Source: Octopus bimaculoides
Taxonomy: Eukaryota
Assembly: GCF_001194135.2 (NCBI RefSeq)
Contig: NC_068984.1
Span: 56,769,740 to 56,833,739 of the forward strand
Reading direction: 5' to 3'
Length of the DNA: 64,000 bases
The position numbers were made by a program, and so were the translations under genes. This document shows positions 36,656 through 50,779 of this stretch, piece by piece (positions within the stretch are counted from its first letter, which is position 1; each line of letters begins with the position of its first letter). Below the pieces are notes generated by a model that saw only the letters and a list, made by a program, of their open reading frames with translations, did no database searches and was not told the DNA's origin.

Positions 36656-39289
36656 CAAGGAAAAAAAAGAAAATTAAATATATTCAATGCATTAAAGAAA
36701 GATTTGAAGTCGTTGAAAAAGAAAGGGGGAAACTTATTGCTAGAATTTGAACCAGTGGAAAACAATTGTATGAACTTATCCTAAAAAAATAGATGCTATT
36801 CTAAGTAAAAGTGAAGACAAAGTACAATTACTGTATATCAAATATTAAAATTTTATATTGTGTCTATTGTTTTGTATGTTGCTTTACCCCGATCATTTTA
36901 TTGGAGCTTTGGTCAGAGTTTTCATTAATGTTCTCTTTTTCATGAAGCAGATTGCTAATGTATTGTCAGCTTGCTAGCTATCTGAAGTATTTTTTATTTA
37001 TTTATTTATTCATTATTTCTTCTCTTCATCGTAATATTCATTATTTTCTTCTTTTACTCCTTCCTGTATATTGTACTTCAGGCATGGAGATATGCTATGT
37101 TCATACTGCAGCATAGAATCAATAATGTGGAAACTTGTAGATGTGAAGATCAGCTATAAATACATACATACTTGCGGACTTACTGCAAATGAGGGGAGGG
37201 GGGAACAAAGCTATTATTTGTGTGTATTTATATATGATTTTTCTGTTTTTGTGTTTGTGTGTGTTATTCACTAGTGTGTGTATATACATTTAAAACATAT
37301 TCCATGAAGCAAATGGAGAAAGGCCCCTTTTAATTGTTGGTAACTTTTCTAATGTTGCATGAGGAACAGCAGTAAATATTTTATAACATTCACTGATCTA
37401 TTGAAATTTGTTAGACTTTATATTCCTTTTCTGTATTTTATATTGTCCATTTACTTTCACCACCATCATCATCACTACTTACAAATGTTTTATCGATGCA
37501 TTTATATCCTTACAGTAGTTAGAAAGCCTCTGTTGTAAGGGAAAACAAAAGGATAGTACAGTTATTATATACAACTTGTAGTATATTACTGGTATTTATT
37601 TTATCATATCTTCTTCCTCTGCACTGCTTGAATTGGATTGAAGAAGAGTGACTTATTAAATTTATTACTATGAAACATCTAGCTTGGCTTGCTACACTAT
37701 CTTCATAAAATCTATTGTTCACATTCTCAGTGTTCATATAACATCTTTGCTTTGTTGTGATTCAGCTATCTGTTAAAAGTTTTCTTCATTGACAGCAACA
37801 ACAAAATTAGTAGTATGTTATATATAGTTACTATAATAATTCATCTGTGATATCACAGATATCAGATGATATTTACTAGGAGGATCATCACAAGAAAAAT
37901 AAATACAAGCACAATTCTATATTGTAATTGGTAACTAGAGTTCTGTTTTTGTGTAGGAGTGAATTGTCTAATTCATGTATCATATAAAACTGTCTATTAC
38001 ACTCAGTGAGTTTTGTGATACTTGATGACAATGTAATCATCATCGTTATTATTTAATGTATATATCATGCCGGTGTGGTTTGGTGATATTTTTTACATAT
38101 ATTAGCAGGGGGTTCAACTTAGCCATCCACAATAGTAGTTCTGATAACTAACTATGTATCATTTTAAAATATTGATGTTTCTAAGAATCACAATATCTTA
38201 AGAAGCCAATGTGTCTTTCCATATTTAATACTGTTAAGTGTTAATGAGTTGATTATTCTCATTAATCATGTTTCAGTCAATTCTTGATAATGTGTCCAAA
38301 ATACAGAGATAATTAATTATATTCCTTTAGATTCTGAGTGCAAAGACTTTCAGAATTGACTTTGCTTTTCATTCCTTCAGAGTTGATAAAACAAACACTA
38401 GTAAATATACTTAGCCAACTTAATAGATTGTGCTAAAAATTTGATCTTGTATTTAGAGATCAGTTAGATCATATGGTAGAATGTTGAATTAAGTTTCTGA
38501 CTTGAATGTTTCAATTGATTTTTCAATATAATCAAGATTTAGAGTAACTTCAAATAGTTGCATGGTTATATATATATTGTGTTGGAATTATTTACTGTTT
38601 AGAATCACCTGTCAGCATTCATTTTATAATGGGATTTTAATAGAGATCTTAATTTAAATATGAACACATTATGAAAAATACAAAAAGTCTTAGGTAGCTG
38701 GTAATAAAATGGTTTAGGTATTACTTCCCATGTCATCATAGGTGAGGTTGTATATTTGCATCTTTGTAAGCTGTTTGGTTTTCTTTCTGTTAATAACACA
38801 GCTATGAAGTAAAAGTGGAATCTGGATTTTTTTTTTTTTAGTTATTTAGCATCTAAGTCAGTCTTAATTGAACAGACCTATGATCAAAGCCACTCCAGCC
38901 ATGACCATCCACTTTTTTTTCGTATGTGCAAGGACAACACTCAATGTCCTTTTAGATTTGAAGACAATTTGGCTGCTATTTCTAAGAGGTCAAGCAACCA
39001 TATAGAAGCTCCTTATTTGTCTTATGAAACCTTGAGTAAATCAGAGACAGAGTTGTACATAGCTTGTAGTAAGGTTTGGACTCAGTATATATAGCAGCCA
39101 AACATGTTAAGGTCCCTGATTATATCACTTGGACAGTTTATCGGGTATTTCTCATAAAAATGTTCAGAAAAAAAAAAAAAAAAAAAAAATTGAATTACTT
39201 TCATTTTCTTAAGGTTACAGAGCTTCAATTGAGTCAAAGAACAAGATATGTAATTGTGATTTATAAAAGCTACTGTGCTATAGGTTTAA

Positions 39290-39655
39290 TTTTTTAGTTA
39301 CTATTTCTGCTGAAATACACTGTCTTTGTTGCTATTAATTTTGAAAATAATGAAAAATTTAATAAAATAATCTGTTGTGTCTGGAGAGAGCCATTTTCTT
39401 ATTGTGCCTTGAAATTTAACACACTCACCGTTAAAATTTCCACTTATTTCTTATTTTTATTTTCCTAAAGTTTTCGTTGTGTCTTGCAACCTTATCAATA
39501 GTCTTGACTATAACTTAATTAGATTGGTATTTGAATGATACATGAAATTCTGATGGAAGGTTTTAATTTAGATCACTTGAAAACAGAGAGTTTGTATCAT
39601 AAAATCAGGGACACGCTTCAGCAGTTTGGTTTCAAAAGGGTTAAAGTGGATAAGA
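39290..39655 (-). mobile_element. TTAACCCTTT-type MITE interrupted by an unrelated repeat fragment (about 39375-39520)
   Basis: Plus-strand aaaagggttaa at about 39635-39645 marks one end. Assigning 39300-39375 and 39520-39650 to one element is from recall of this repeat type. Confidence 0.5.
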
Positions 39656-40389
39656 CTGCACATATAAAGTGGTTTACCACAGACTTTAAAACCATATATA
39701 CTGAACACTGTGATTATGTAAACTTGAATAATGTTTCATGAAATAATGTCAGTATGATGGTTTCTCTAGTTAATGTCAAGTCCTTTTCTGCAGGCACAGG
39801 AAAAGGGAATTACATAGACCGAGTATAGAAATTTATTAGTTTTACACTAGTATAGAAATTTATTATTTTATCACACTGCTAATAGTGACTGTGCTCATGA
39901 GTTCATACCTTGTTTAAAACCTTGCATTGTACCCTTTAGTTTAGAAAGACTCATTTAATTCCATATGTGAATGAATCTTAATAGGAAAAATAAGTCTTAC
40001 AGATTACCATCTCACTCCAGTGAGTGATAATAGTAAGGGAATCAAACTGTGAATGTATAATTTACAAATATATAAAAATTTACAAAACTAGCCAACCCAT
40101 CTAATCTAAGCAAAAGTAAACAAAACTGAAGATAATCTCTAAGTTTCTGATTAATTTGTTTAATACAGAACATAACCTTTCTTGTGTTTATTTCTTAAGT
40201 AATTCTTAGGGATGTCTTGGATAATTCAAATCGGTTATTTCTGAAGTCCTCCTTGAAACAGTGTTCAAACATACACATTCACATGTACACAGTCAGGTGA
40301 TGGTAGTAATTCATAAGAAAGCAAGAAAGCAAATGTGTTACAGTGTAAGGACACATGGTGCTAATTGTCCTCTTGCTACATGGCTAGAT

Positions 40390-41445
40390 GTCATGGCTCA
40401 TCTTTTGACATGAATGGTGTGTTTGTGTGTAGATAGTGTATATGCTTGCATAGTCTCTCTCTCTCTCCCCTTCTTTCTTCTTGTCTCCCCCTTCTCTATA
40501 TATAAAAGTAAAGTAAAACTTACAATGTAGTTATACAACACACACACACACACACACACACATGCACACACAAGACTAAGGAATAGAAAGTGTCTATTGA
40601 TATGAAACTTGTATGCATTGTGTGTATATGTAGAAGGAGGGAGGGAGGGAGGGAAATTGTGTGTCTCTAAAGCACGCAGATGCATGGAATATTCATAAAA
40701 TAACTTACACTAATCTACACTGTCAATGTGTCTCCTTATGAAACATATTTGTACATTCACTCTCTACTCTCCCACACACTTTCACTTTTGTTCTCAGAAG
40801 ATACATCATAATCCTACTCTGTCTCTGACAGTCCATCTGCTTCACAGGCATTATCTTTATATTTTTTCTGCCCCACCTCTTCCCTCATATACTGTCTCTC
40901 TTTCACTTTATCTCTCTGTGTGTTCAACTTTCTCTCTGCTAATATATCTATCTTTATTTCTTTCTCTTCTCATCTGTCTTTACTTCTAGCATGAGATCAA
41001 GGCCCTTCCCCTCTCAAAAGTTTTTTTGCTGCTCTGTCAATACTTGGCTATTTTCATTTTTCTCACTCCCACCATCATATTGTTGCCTTTTTTTCTCATT
41101 CACATTTTTCTATCCCATTTCTCCCCCCCGCCTCTCTCTCTTATTTCTCTTCACTATTTATCATTCAGATATACACTGTTCTATCTACCAGTGTATCTGA
41201 ACTTGCTCCATCTCCATCACATTTGTCCATGTGTTTGCATGCTTGTCTATCTGCAGCTCTGTTTCATCTTACTCTCCACCTCTTTCTCTTTTTCTCTCAT
41301 TCTCCAGCTCTCATCATCTTATCCATGTATTCTTTCATGTATATTACCTATTCAGTTTTCTCCTGGTTTTCATCCTCTCTTTCATACATACCTTGTGTTC
41401 GTTTTCTTCTCACACTCACACACACACACACACACTTTTTTTTCA
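40390..41445. repeat. Pyrimidine-rich low-complexity region with (CT)n and (CA)n
   Basis: Composition; explains the L/S/F/H-rich ORFs. Confidence 0.8.
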
Positions 41446-41942
41446 GTATTATTCATGTAAAAACAAACTTCTGTCATGAGTGTTACATTGCATTTCAATA
41501 AAATTGAACTGTTTCGCTTAAGTCCATGACAATGGTTTTTGCATCAGGCAACTAGGTTGCACTGACAGTAATCATATCGGCCGAAATCAGCAATTCGTGC
41601 ACGACAACAGTTCAGCGTATATTTACGTCAACTGCTTCAAAGCATGCCCTGTTTGTTTATGTAAACTGTCATCACTGCAAGTACCATAAATTCAACGAAA
41701 CTTGTGTAGCTAGATGCGACTGTAAATCCCATGAAGGACCAGAAGAATTTGTTGAACACGTACGAATTTGATAGGAAGTCATAGTGGAAATGGTGGTGTA
41801 ACTGCCAAGACTGCTGCTTTTATACTATTATGGTGATGAAGTCTTGAACTGAGTTGGAAATATTTACATGGAGAGTCTAACAAACCTATGAGATTCCTTG
41901 AAATTTGCATGGTGGCCCCTATTATTGATTCTGTGAGTGATA

Positions 41943-42272
41943 CTCTTTTACTCTTTTACTTGTTTCAGTCATTTGACTGCGGCCATGCTGAAGCACCACC
42001 TTTTAGTCGAGCAAATCGACCCCAGGACTTATTTTTTGGAAGCCTAGTACTTATTCTATCAGTCTCTTTTGCTGAACCGCTAAGTTACGGGGATATAAAC
42101 ACACCACCATCGGTTGTCAAGCAATGTTGGGAGGACAAACACAGACACACAAACACATACATATATATACATATATACAACGGGCTTCTTTCAGTTTCCG
42201 TCTACCAAATCCACTCACAAGGCTTTGGTCGGCCCGAGGCTATAGTAGAAGACACTTGCCCAAGGTGCCAGC
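41943..42272 (-). mobile_element. tRNA-derived SINE family B (tail type 1), head truncated
   Basis: (CTTTTA)n tail; reverse complement of 2780-3140. Confidence 0.88.
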
Positions 42273-42329
42273 GGATATTTATACCAACTGGTACACAAAC
42301 AGGTACAAAATCGCAGCAGAATTCAATTG

Positions 42330-42697
42330 CTGCTGAGGCTGACTTTGTATTTATCTTTCTGGAGTTGATAAAATAAGTACCTGTTGAGCACTGCTGGGGT
42401 CGATGTAATCAACAAACTCTCTCCCACATAATTTCAGGCCTTGTGCATAGAGTACAAAGGATTATTATCATAATTAATCAAAATTTAAGGCAGCAAGCTG
42501 ACAGAATCGTTGGCATACTGGACAAAATGCTTAGTGGTATTTCATCTGTCGCTACATTTTGAGTTCAAGTTCCGCCAAGGTTGACTTTGCCCCTCATCCT
42601 TTTGGGGTCAATTAATTAGGTACCAATGAAATACTGGGGTTGATGTAATCGACTAGTCATTTCAGGCCTGGTGCCTTTAGCAGAAAGGATTATTATT
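42330..42697 (+). mobile_element. Two head-to-tail SINE family C copies
   Basis: ctggggt(c/t)gatgtaatc at about 42394 and 42634; both end caggcct(t/g)gtgc...ggattattat. Confidence 0.8.
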
Positions 42698-42719
42698 AAT
42701 CAAAATCTTCAACTAGTCA

Positions 42720-43460
42720 TTCTAACACTGCCAAATACCCCAAATTACAAAACTACATAGAATAACCTATCTAAAAACTTGATATACACCCAACTAAAAC
42801 ATTGTCAAAATAACCCAGCCTCCTATTCTGATATACACCTTAAAAATAAACCTTACGATTCATCTTAACTGCAACAACCTGTACATATCACTCTACAACT
42901 CACATAGATTCAATGCAGAACACACAATCATCATGCTTACTCATAAAGCTCACACTATAAATGTCAGTTTCAACAACTCCCCTCCCTACAAACTACTATT
43001 TACATCAGTAAAAATTTTGACACCATTCCTTGCTTTCTACTCATAAACAAAATATTAAACTTCGTTTTCAGAAGCAGCACAAAAAAATCCTGACTGGTAA
43101 ATTATTCTTAGATGTCAAATCAACATAAGTTATATTGAAAACATACTAAGAGTTTGTAATGTCCTAAACAGTATATCAAGGTCTTGTCTTCTATTCCTCT
43201 ACTTTTGATTCATACCTATACAACCTGTCTACACCTCTACAAAATAATTGCAGACTTTTATGCCGATAACATCACAGTTATAACTTTTCACGGACTCCTG
43301 AAGCAGCTGCACAACTTCTCCAAAAATTTACATGAGCCATCTAGAAACCTGGTGTCAAAGAAACTGGCTAAAAGCAACACCAATGAAGTCTATCACCTCC
43401 CTTGTTCTTAGAACACCAAATACAATCATCTACCACACTCAACAACATAAATATACAACA
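42720..43460 (+). pseudogene. Highly degraded non-LTR retrotransposon RT fragment
   Basis: Across frameshifts: VYQG..STFDSYLYNLSTP (VPQG..LFNxY), FYADNIT (YADD) and SHLETWCQRNWLKATPMKS (LExWxxxNxLxxNPxK); C/A-rich strand bias. Confidence 0.6.
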
Positions 43461-43472
43461 AATGCATGAGAC

Positions 43473-43708
43473 CAGTGGTTCTCAACTGGGGTTCATAGAA
43501 GATTTTGTTGTTAAAATTTATCTGCTATAAATTGGTTATACTTCTACAATACACAAAATTCTTTTACAGTTATTTTTTTATTCCGTTCCGAATAATATTT
43601 AATTATAAAAATATATTATGATTTATTAAACATAAAATGGCTATGGGGGTACATCCAAGTAAAATAGGAATCAAAGTGGTCTATAGATAAAAATAGTTGA
43701 GAAACATG
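43473..43708. mobile_element. hAT-like MITE
   Basis: TIRs CAGTGGTTCTCAAC and GTTGAGAAACATG. Confidence 0.6.
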
Positions 43709-44089
43709 ACAGACAAAAACACTAGGAGCTATATGCAACATATCTGAAGCATTGACACCATAAATAGAAAACAGGAGACATTAAAGAATGCAAGACAATG
43801 ATAAAGGCACATAGACATAGTATTTGGCCAACACACACACACACACAAAAAAGGCAACTCTAAAATATAAACAGTATGGAGAATCGTCATGGATTATGTC
43901 AATCTGGCTTAGTCTCTCAACACTGCCAAAAGATATCACAAGAGACTGCAAACATTGCAAAAAAGCATGCATGGCATTATTACAGGCTGCATACAGACCA
44001 CCCACAAATTATGCAAACTGTCACCTTGCATCCTGTATTCAAATACTTGAAGCATAATATATCTGGTTCTGATCTATGAAAGTACATGT

Positions 44090-44092
<3 letters not shown>

Positions 44093-44145
<53 letters not shown>
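44093..44145. repeat. (CA)n microsatellite
   Basis: Direct reading. Confidence 0.95.
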
Positions 44146-44146
<1 letters not shown>

Positions 44147-46389
44147 TAAATGCATGTAGCTTTATGATCATAAGACATAAAGAAATATAGTAGACATATA
44201 TCCAGTTGACCTCAGTATAGAACAGAGATCACATTTGAGATGTAAATCTTGATTTGCTGTCATTCATTTATCATATTATGTTTGCGTTTTGGGAAAGTAA
44301 TTTGTAAGTAGTGTTTGTTTTTCCCTGGAAATTTACCAAAATTACAAAAATTGTGCTCCTTACGTTTTTTTTAGAAAAATTGTATTGGATTATGTTAATC
44401 ATAATGATGATAAAAATGCTTCACAACTATGCACCAATCTTAGTCTAAAATAGTCAGGAAATGGATATTGAAACATCAAGTTTTGTAAGAAAATTGTATT
44501 TCTTCAGGAGTGATGGCAATTAGGGGTCAGTTTGCTTATTCATAACATAACAATTGATTTCTTTTTATTTGCCATAACATTACATATTTTCGACTATTGT
44601 ATTGACCCACTATATATATGCTGCATCTTATTTTGTTGTTGTTTAGCCTGATATTAGTTTCAGATTAAACAACAATACAAGTTGTGACTAGACATCATTT
44701 TTCAGGTATTGTGTATCTAGGTCTGCTTTATTAAATGTACCCTAGCCTCTAGACAATACTGTTTATGATCATAGATTTTTCCAGCTCCAACAGGCTTTTA
44801 TTCTTTTCTGGCATTATGTGTCTTAAGATATTCAAAATTGTTGTTTAACCTCAAGTCAGCTCTAGTCCACATTCTAGCTGTGATTATCTTTTTGTATACT
44901 AGGGTCTACATTACCTAATATGCCTTTTCTCTTTTTAAGATGGTAAGGTGTGATTTGAGAGTTTAGGAATGACCACATAGAGGCTCTGTTGGTTCAAGAG
45001 TGAACTGACTAATTATGAGAGGTGTAGCAAAATAGTTTTGCTTGGGAATTAAAAAGCCACTAATGCCTTACCCATTAAAATAACAGTAATGATGATGATG
45101 ATATTAATAAAAAGAAAATATCATTAGGAAGGTTCCTTTAGCAAAATATGCTTGCTTTCTGTGCTGTAAGTAAAAAATTATACTTTGTTTTAATAACAGA
45201 AAGTTTGGAATTTTCTAGAGATTTCATACTCACTCTACCAAAGTGAAGATTAAAAGGTGGCATTAAATCATTGGAGATATCTTTTGCTTTCTCTCATTCC
45301 TTCTTTTTCATCCTCTTTTTCTCTTTTTCCATCAACTGTCTTGTGTGAAGATATGAATTTCTCATCTTTGGCACAAGGCCATGAATCGATAGGGAAGAAG
45401 TGTAGTCCATTGCTGGAAAAGTCAATTCCCTGATGGGATTTGAACATAAAATAGAGAGATACAAAACTTCATAGTAAAATGCAATTATCCCATCTAATCA
45501 CATTACTGCTTCTGTATCTCTACTGTGTGAAGACAAGAATTCTGAAGATATCAAATGTAGTAGTACTACTGAACGTAGAGATTTCTAGTCTAATTATATC
45601 GTAAAACTATAAACTGAATATAATATCTTTCTTCACACTAATCATTAAAGTTAACTTAGGAATAGATCTAATCAACAAACACTGATAAAAAAAATACTTG
45701 CACATCAAGCAGCATTCACCATCTGCAGATGAAAGTTGGAACAGAAGGTTTAATAAATTATTGTGTAAGATGTATAAGCGATGATACCTAACATTTGGTT
45801 TATGCCTGATGGTATATTACATCAGGTTTAAAGAAAGTTATTTATAAGAAATACTCTTGAGTATTTTATATATTATTTAGTTGCTTGTATCAGCTCTCTT
45901 TTAGGTAAGAATTTGAAGGAAAAAAAAAATGGCATGTAAACTATATAAAATATTGTACTAGTTTATACATAATGGTAGAATTAACTTTATTATCATTCTC
46001 ATCATCATTTTCATCAATATCATCATTAATATCATCAGAATATTCACAATTATGATTATCATCACCACTACCAATACTGTTATTACTACCATAATTATCA
46101 TTATCAGCATTCTTATTATGTTCAATTGAGGAGATAGCAAGGGTTTTTTTATGACTGAAAATTCAGTCTGCAATAAGCCTTGGAAACTTCTTTTGTCAGA
46201 CACTAGTGACAATAAAATTAGTAGTAAGCTGGTATAAGTTCAATTTCTACAGTTACCTAAAATGCATTTATTCCCATCTGACTCACTAATTATATATCGG
46301 TATTAGACTGGTATTGATTATATTCTTACCTTTTTCATCATTATACTTTTGACCTGTTAATAAACAACACAAATGATTATTTTGCTTGT

Positions 46390-48263
46390 TATCATTCTGG
46401 GGTCAGTAAAGTAAGTACCTGTCATGTATTGGGGTAGGTTTAATCAACTATTCCCTTCTTGAAAACATGTGGTCTTTGTGCATCTATTATTATTATTGTA
46501 AGGGTAGTAGATTGGCTGATTTGTCAGGGTGTTTGGACCCTGGATTTAGCTGAGTTAAAATCCTGCTGAAATCAGTTATACCTTTCTTCCTTCTAGATTA
46601 GATGAAATAAAGTTCCAGTTAAATATTGGGGTTCACATTATCAACTGTTCTCCCTATCACTTAAATTGTTGGCCTTGTACCTATGCCAGAAATTACTATT
46701 ACCAAGCTAACAGAATTGCCAGTGGGTTGGACAAAATGTAGCAACATGTCTTCCACATCCATATGCTCTTAGTTCAAATCCTACCAAGGTTATCTTTTGG
46801 GAGTTGATAAAATAACAAGTATTAGTCAAGTACTGGGGTTAATGTGATTGACTAACCCCTCCTCACTGAAACTGCTGGTCTTGTGCCAAAATTTGAAACC
46901 CTTCTTCTTCTCCTCCTCCTCCTCCTCCTGATGATGGTGGTGGTGGTGGTAGTGAGCTGGCTGAGCCATTAGCATGCTGGGCAAAATACTTTGCAGTGTT
47001 TCATCAATCTTTACAATCAGAGCTTAAATACAAGTACCAGTTGAAAACTAGGGTCGATGTAATCGATTCATCTCCTCCCCCAAAATTACTGCCCTTGTGC
47101 TAAGATTTGAAACCATTATTATGATTATTATTATTATAAAGGTGGTGAGCTAGCAGAATTGTTAGCACGCCAGGCAAAATGCTTAACAGTATTTTGCCTG
47201 ACACTACATTGTGAGTTCAAATTCCGCTGAGGTTGGCTTTACCTTTCATCCTTTTGGGGTCGATAAATTAAGTACCAGTAAAGCACTGAGGTCGATGTTA
47301 TCAACTAGTTCCCTCCCCAAAAATCTCAGGCCTCGTGCCTTAAGTAAAAAGGATTATTATTATTATCCTCATTATTGAGTCAAAAAATATGGATTGACAA
47401 AATTGTTAGAGCAGTTGGCAAAATGATTGTGGTATTTAATATAGCACTTTATGTCCTGTGTTAAAATTTCACTAATATCAACTTGGCCCTTCAGTTTTCT
47501 TGAGGTGATAAAATAAAATACTAGTCAAGTATTAGGGTTGATATAAATGACCATTCCTCTCCTTAAAATCTATAGTTATTGTTGTGAAGGCAGTGGATTG
47601 GCAGAATCATTAGAGTGTTAGAAAATATATATATTTAGTTACAACTCTTTCCATTCCAAGTTCACCATGACCAACATTGCCTTTTATCTTTCTAGAGTTG
47701 CTGAAATAAAGTATCTGAGCTGGTATAATTGACTATAACTCTCCCTATTATTTAAGGGCTTTTATTCAAACTGAAGGGTATGGTTGATTTTGGTGGAATT
47801 TAAGTTCCAAACAAGTGCTATGCTAAATACCACAGAGCATTATTATTACTACTGCCAGACTGGTAGGTTAGCAGAATTAAATTCTTCCAAGATAAGCTTC
47901 ACTTTTCATCCTTCTGTGGTAGATAAAATAAAATACCATACTGGGGTTTATCTAATTGACTGCACCCCTCACTCAAGTTTCAAACCTCATGAAGGTAAGG
48001 GTGGTAGATTAGAAGAAACATAAGAATAATGGGAAAAAAATAAATGCTTTGTGGCATTGCATTTATTCAGATTCTTTATGTTCTGGTTTCAAATCCTACC
48101 AAGGTCAAGTTTGGGATCAGTAAAATAAATATTGGTCAAAGTACTGGGGTAGATGAAAAGTAAAGTTGACTTTGGCAGGATTTGAACTTAGGATGTAAGG
48201 AGCCTAAACAAATATTGCAAAGCATTGTTTCCAGAAGCCTAAATGATTCTCCTACTCCACCAC
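46390..48263 (+). mobile_element. Head-to-tail array of about 9 SINE family C copies plus one inverted head
   Basis: ctggggtcgatgtaatcgac-like motif at about 46428, 46624, 46830, 47047, 47283, 47529, 47715, 47938 and 48140; inverted head at about 48160-48263. Confidence 0.8.
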
Positions 48264-48279
48264 TCTGAAGAAATTAATA

Positions 48280-48501
48280 CAAGGGGGTGCTGAAAAGTTC
48301 CTGGCTTTGGGTGAAAGAAAATACAGGAGGATTAGTTAATTATGATTTTATCCAACATATTCCCCACTCAGATTCACACACTTATTACAGTGGTCCTTCA
48401 CTTCAGTCTTTCTAAGCCTTGTAAAAGAACTCAGAAAAGTTGGCTTCCATTCAAGCCTTTCATGATATTCTTAAAACCAGGAACTTTCCAGCACCCTCTC
48501 A
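48280..48501. mobile_element. Tc1/mariner-type MITE
   Basis: TIR-like CAAGGGGGTGCTGAAAAGTTCCTGGCTT versus AAACCAGGAACTTTCCAGCACCCTCTCA, flanked by TA on both sides. Confidence 0.8.
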
Positions 48502-49815
48502 TATCCTTATTAATGTGATAAAAGAAAATTAATATTTTATATTTGTATTTTTTTTTCTAATGTTAAAATTAGTATTTTCATATTGTTTTTCATTTTAAAT
48601 TAAAAAGAAATAATCTTAATGATTAAACTCTTAATGACATTTTTGTCAAAAGAAATTTATTAAGAAATAAATATATAAATAAAAATTAAAACACTTCATT
48701 AGAATTAGCTGTTCATTTACTGTGTGATAATTTGTTGTTGATTCCCTCAATAAGTTTGAATTTTTTAAAGGATTTCAGCATTCGAGATTGATTGATTAAA
48801 TCGATTTATGAAAATCAGACACTGCAATGCATCAGATATTAGTCAGAATTTGAATGTAAGTTTGAAATTGCTTCAACCAAATATGAAAAGGAATAAATTG
48901 GTAGAGTTAAACACTGAAAAATAAAAATATATAAATAGAAAATATTGACAATAATAATAAAAAAAGAAACACATTTGGTCAATGAAAATTAACCTTCAAC
49001 AAAAAACAGTCAAAGTAAATTGTAAAATAAGACCTACCATGTCAGTGTAATTTTGTAAATAATTAGTGCTAATTGACTACATCAGAAGGGAAAAAAATGT
49101 AAATAAAAACATTTAATTGATATTTTTTTTTACTTCTAAAGAATATTAAACTAAAAAACATCAAGTTCAGATTATTATTCATTGAAATTGCTGACTTTCT
49201 CCTCCTCTCTTTTACTTTTAAACCAGAAGGAAAAAAAAAAAACCTGGAAAAAATATAAAAATGGAAACAAAGCAAAATATTCAATACAAGTTGAGATATA
49301 ATGGCTATATTTTACATATCTGACGTTTTGGATTATATTATTTTGAGGGCCTTTTGAGAACACGACAATACATCTAATGCTAGTGCCATAATAAAATGCA
49401 GCCTGTCTAATTTGTGTAGTGGTTAGTGTAACAAAGGGCACCTAGCTTAAAAACCAAATTAGAAATGTAACATACAAGTGAGGCATGATGTATTTTGTGG
49501 TCTATAGGAGAGCAGTAGACCTCAATAAACTATTCACCCCTTACTAGCATGGAAAGTGAAAGTAAAGTTGCTGTTAGTGTTTTCTTCATACTTGGTTGAG
49601 AAAGGTTTCAGTATAGTAGTACAACTCTTAGCTAAACACTAAATTACTAATATGTAAAGGAGAAAACTGGAGCCTCTGATTGTCAAATATTAAGCTTCAT
49701 ATTTTCAAATGAATAAAATCTCATCATGTACAATGCAGCTATTTGTAACTTTTCAATTATTATGCTTAGTTTTTGCAATGTAATGATTTCTTAAATTATT
49801 TCACATTTGATTATT

Positions 49816-50046
49816 TTAATTCAATTGCATTCAGATTACTCTTTCAAATGTAATGCCTATTTATTCACATTGTTTTTAATTAATCCTTCATTAGCTCAGT
49901 TTCATGATTTCACTGCTGTGATTAATTTTTTTTTTAGTTTTAGAATGACATTGTAAGGTAGGTGTGAGAGGCCAGATCTGGCCAGTTTGAATAAAAAAAC
50001 AAGCAGATAATATTTGGGTTGGATAGTTTAAATGCTATAGGGCTAA
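49816..50046 (-). mobile_element. piggyBac-like MITE, inverted copy
   Basis: Reverse complement of 59195-59419 (agaatgacattgtaaggtaggtgtgagaggccagatctg). Confidence 0.65.
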
Positions 50047-50675
50047 AGATAACCAAAACACAATGTTTGATTCTTTAATATCAATAAAGCTAATGATATT
50101 TTAAAAATTTAAATTATATATAACGTTCTTTGTTCTAAACGTTTTTATTTACATGTCCCTATTCAGGACCTCTTGATTGCAAAGCAAATTTTTTATTCAT
50201 CTATACTATATCTAAATGAGCGAGAGGTATAGTTGATTGAATTGAACCAGTATGTTACTGGTATTCATTTTATTATATTTGCAGATATGAAAGGTTTTAA
50301 TTTCTGGGCTGGATTTACGTATAGCAAAGCCGATGCTATTTGCCTATTTTTTAATGTTTTTTTTTCCTTTGACAAAACTGATTTAACATGATAGAAAGAG
50401 AGAAAAAAAGACACTTTCCTTTGGAATAATCATCAAAGCTGAAATGGATAAAGTAAAATAGATATTTATGCTGCAAGAATAAATCTGTCATTGATTTGAG
50501 AGCATTTGACTTCGTTACTTTATCTGAAACTATTCAAAACTAATTCCAGAAAATTTCTATTTATTGGAGAAAGCTATAGTATGATGATAAGTACTGAGCA
50601 CAGTAATTTACTACTTATGTGTGTGTGTGTGCGTGGCCACTAACGTTATTATTTTTATGAATAGTAGTGTTCATT

Positions 50676-50693
50676 TATATATATATATATCTA

Positions 50694-50779
<86 letters not shown>
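50676..50779. repeat. (CTAT)n(TA)n microsatellite
   Basis: Direct reading. Confidence 0.95.

Noticed and set aside
37082-37159. Strong acceptor followed by short frames (AWRYAMFILQHR..., GMEICYVHTAA*)
   Set aside because: No recognisable homology and no linked exons; such acceptors are common in AT-rich DNA.
39535-39741. Natural-looking 68-aa ORF (MIHEILMEGF...)
   Set aside because: It is largely the antisense of a TTAACCCTTT-type MITE end and is preceded immediately by a stop.
41888-42376. 162-aa ORF
   Set aside because: Antisense read-through of a family B SINE.
46390-48263. CRISPR-like or satellite array
   Set aside because: Units are diverged SINE copies of about 200 bp with A/B-box heads, not identical repeats with spacers; eukaryotic context.
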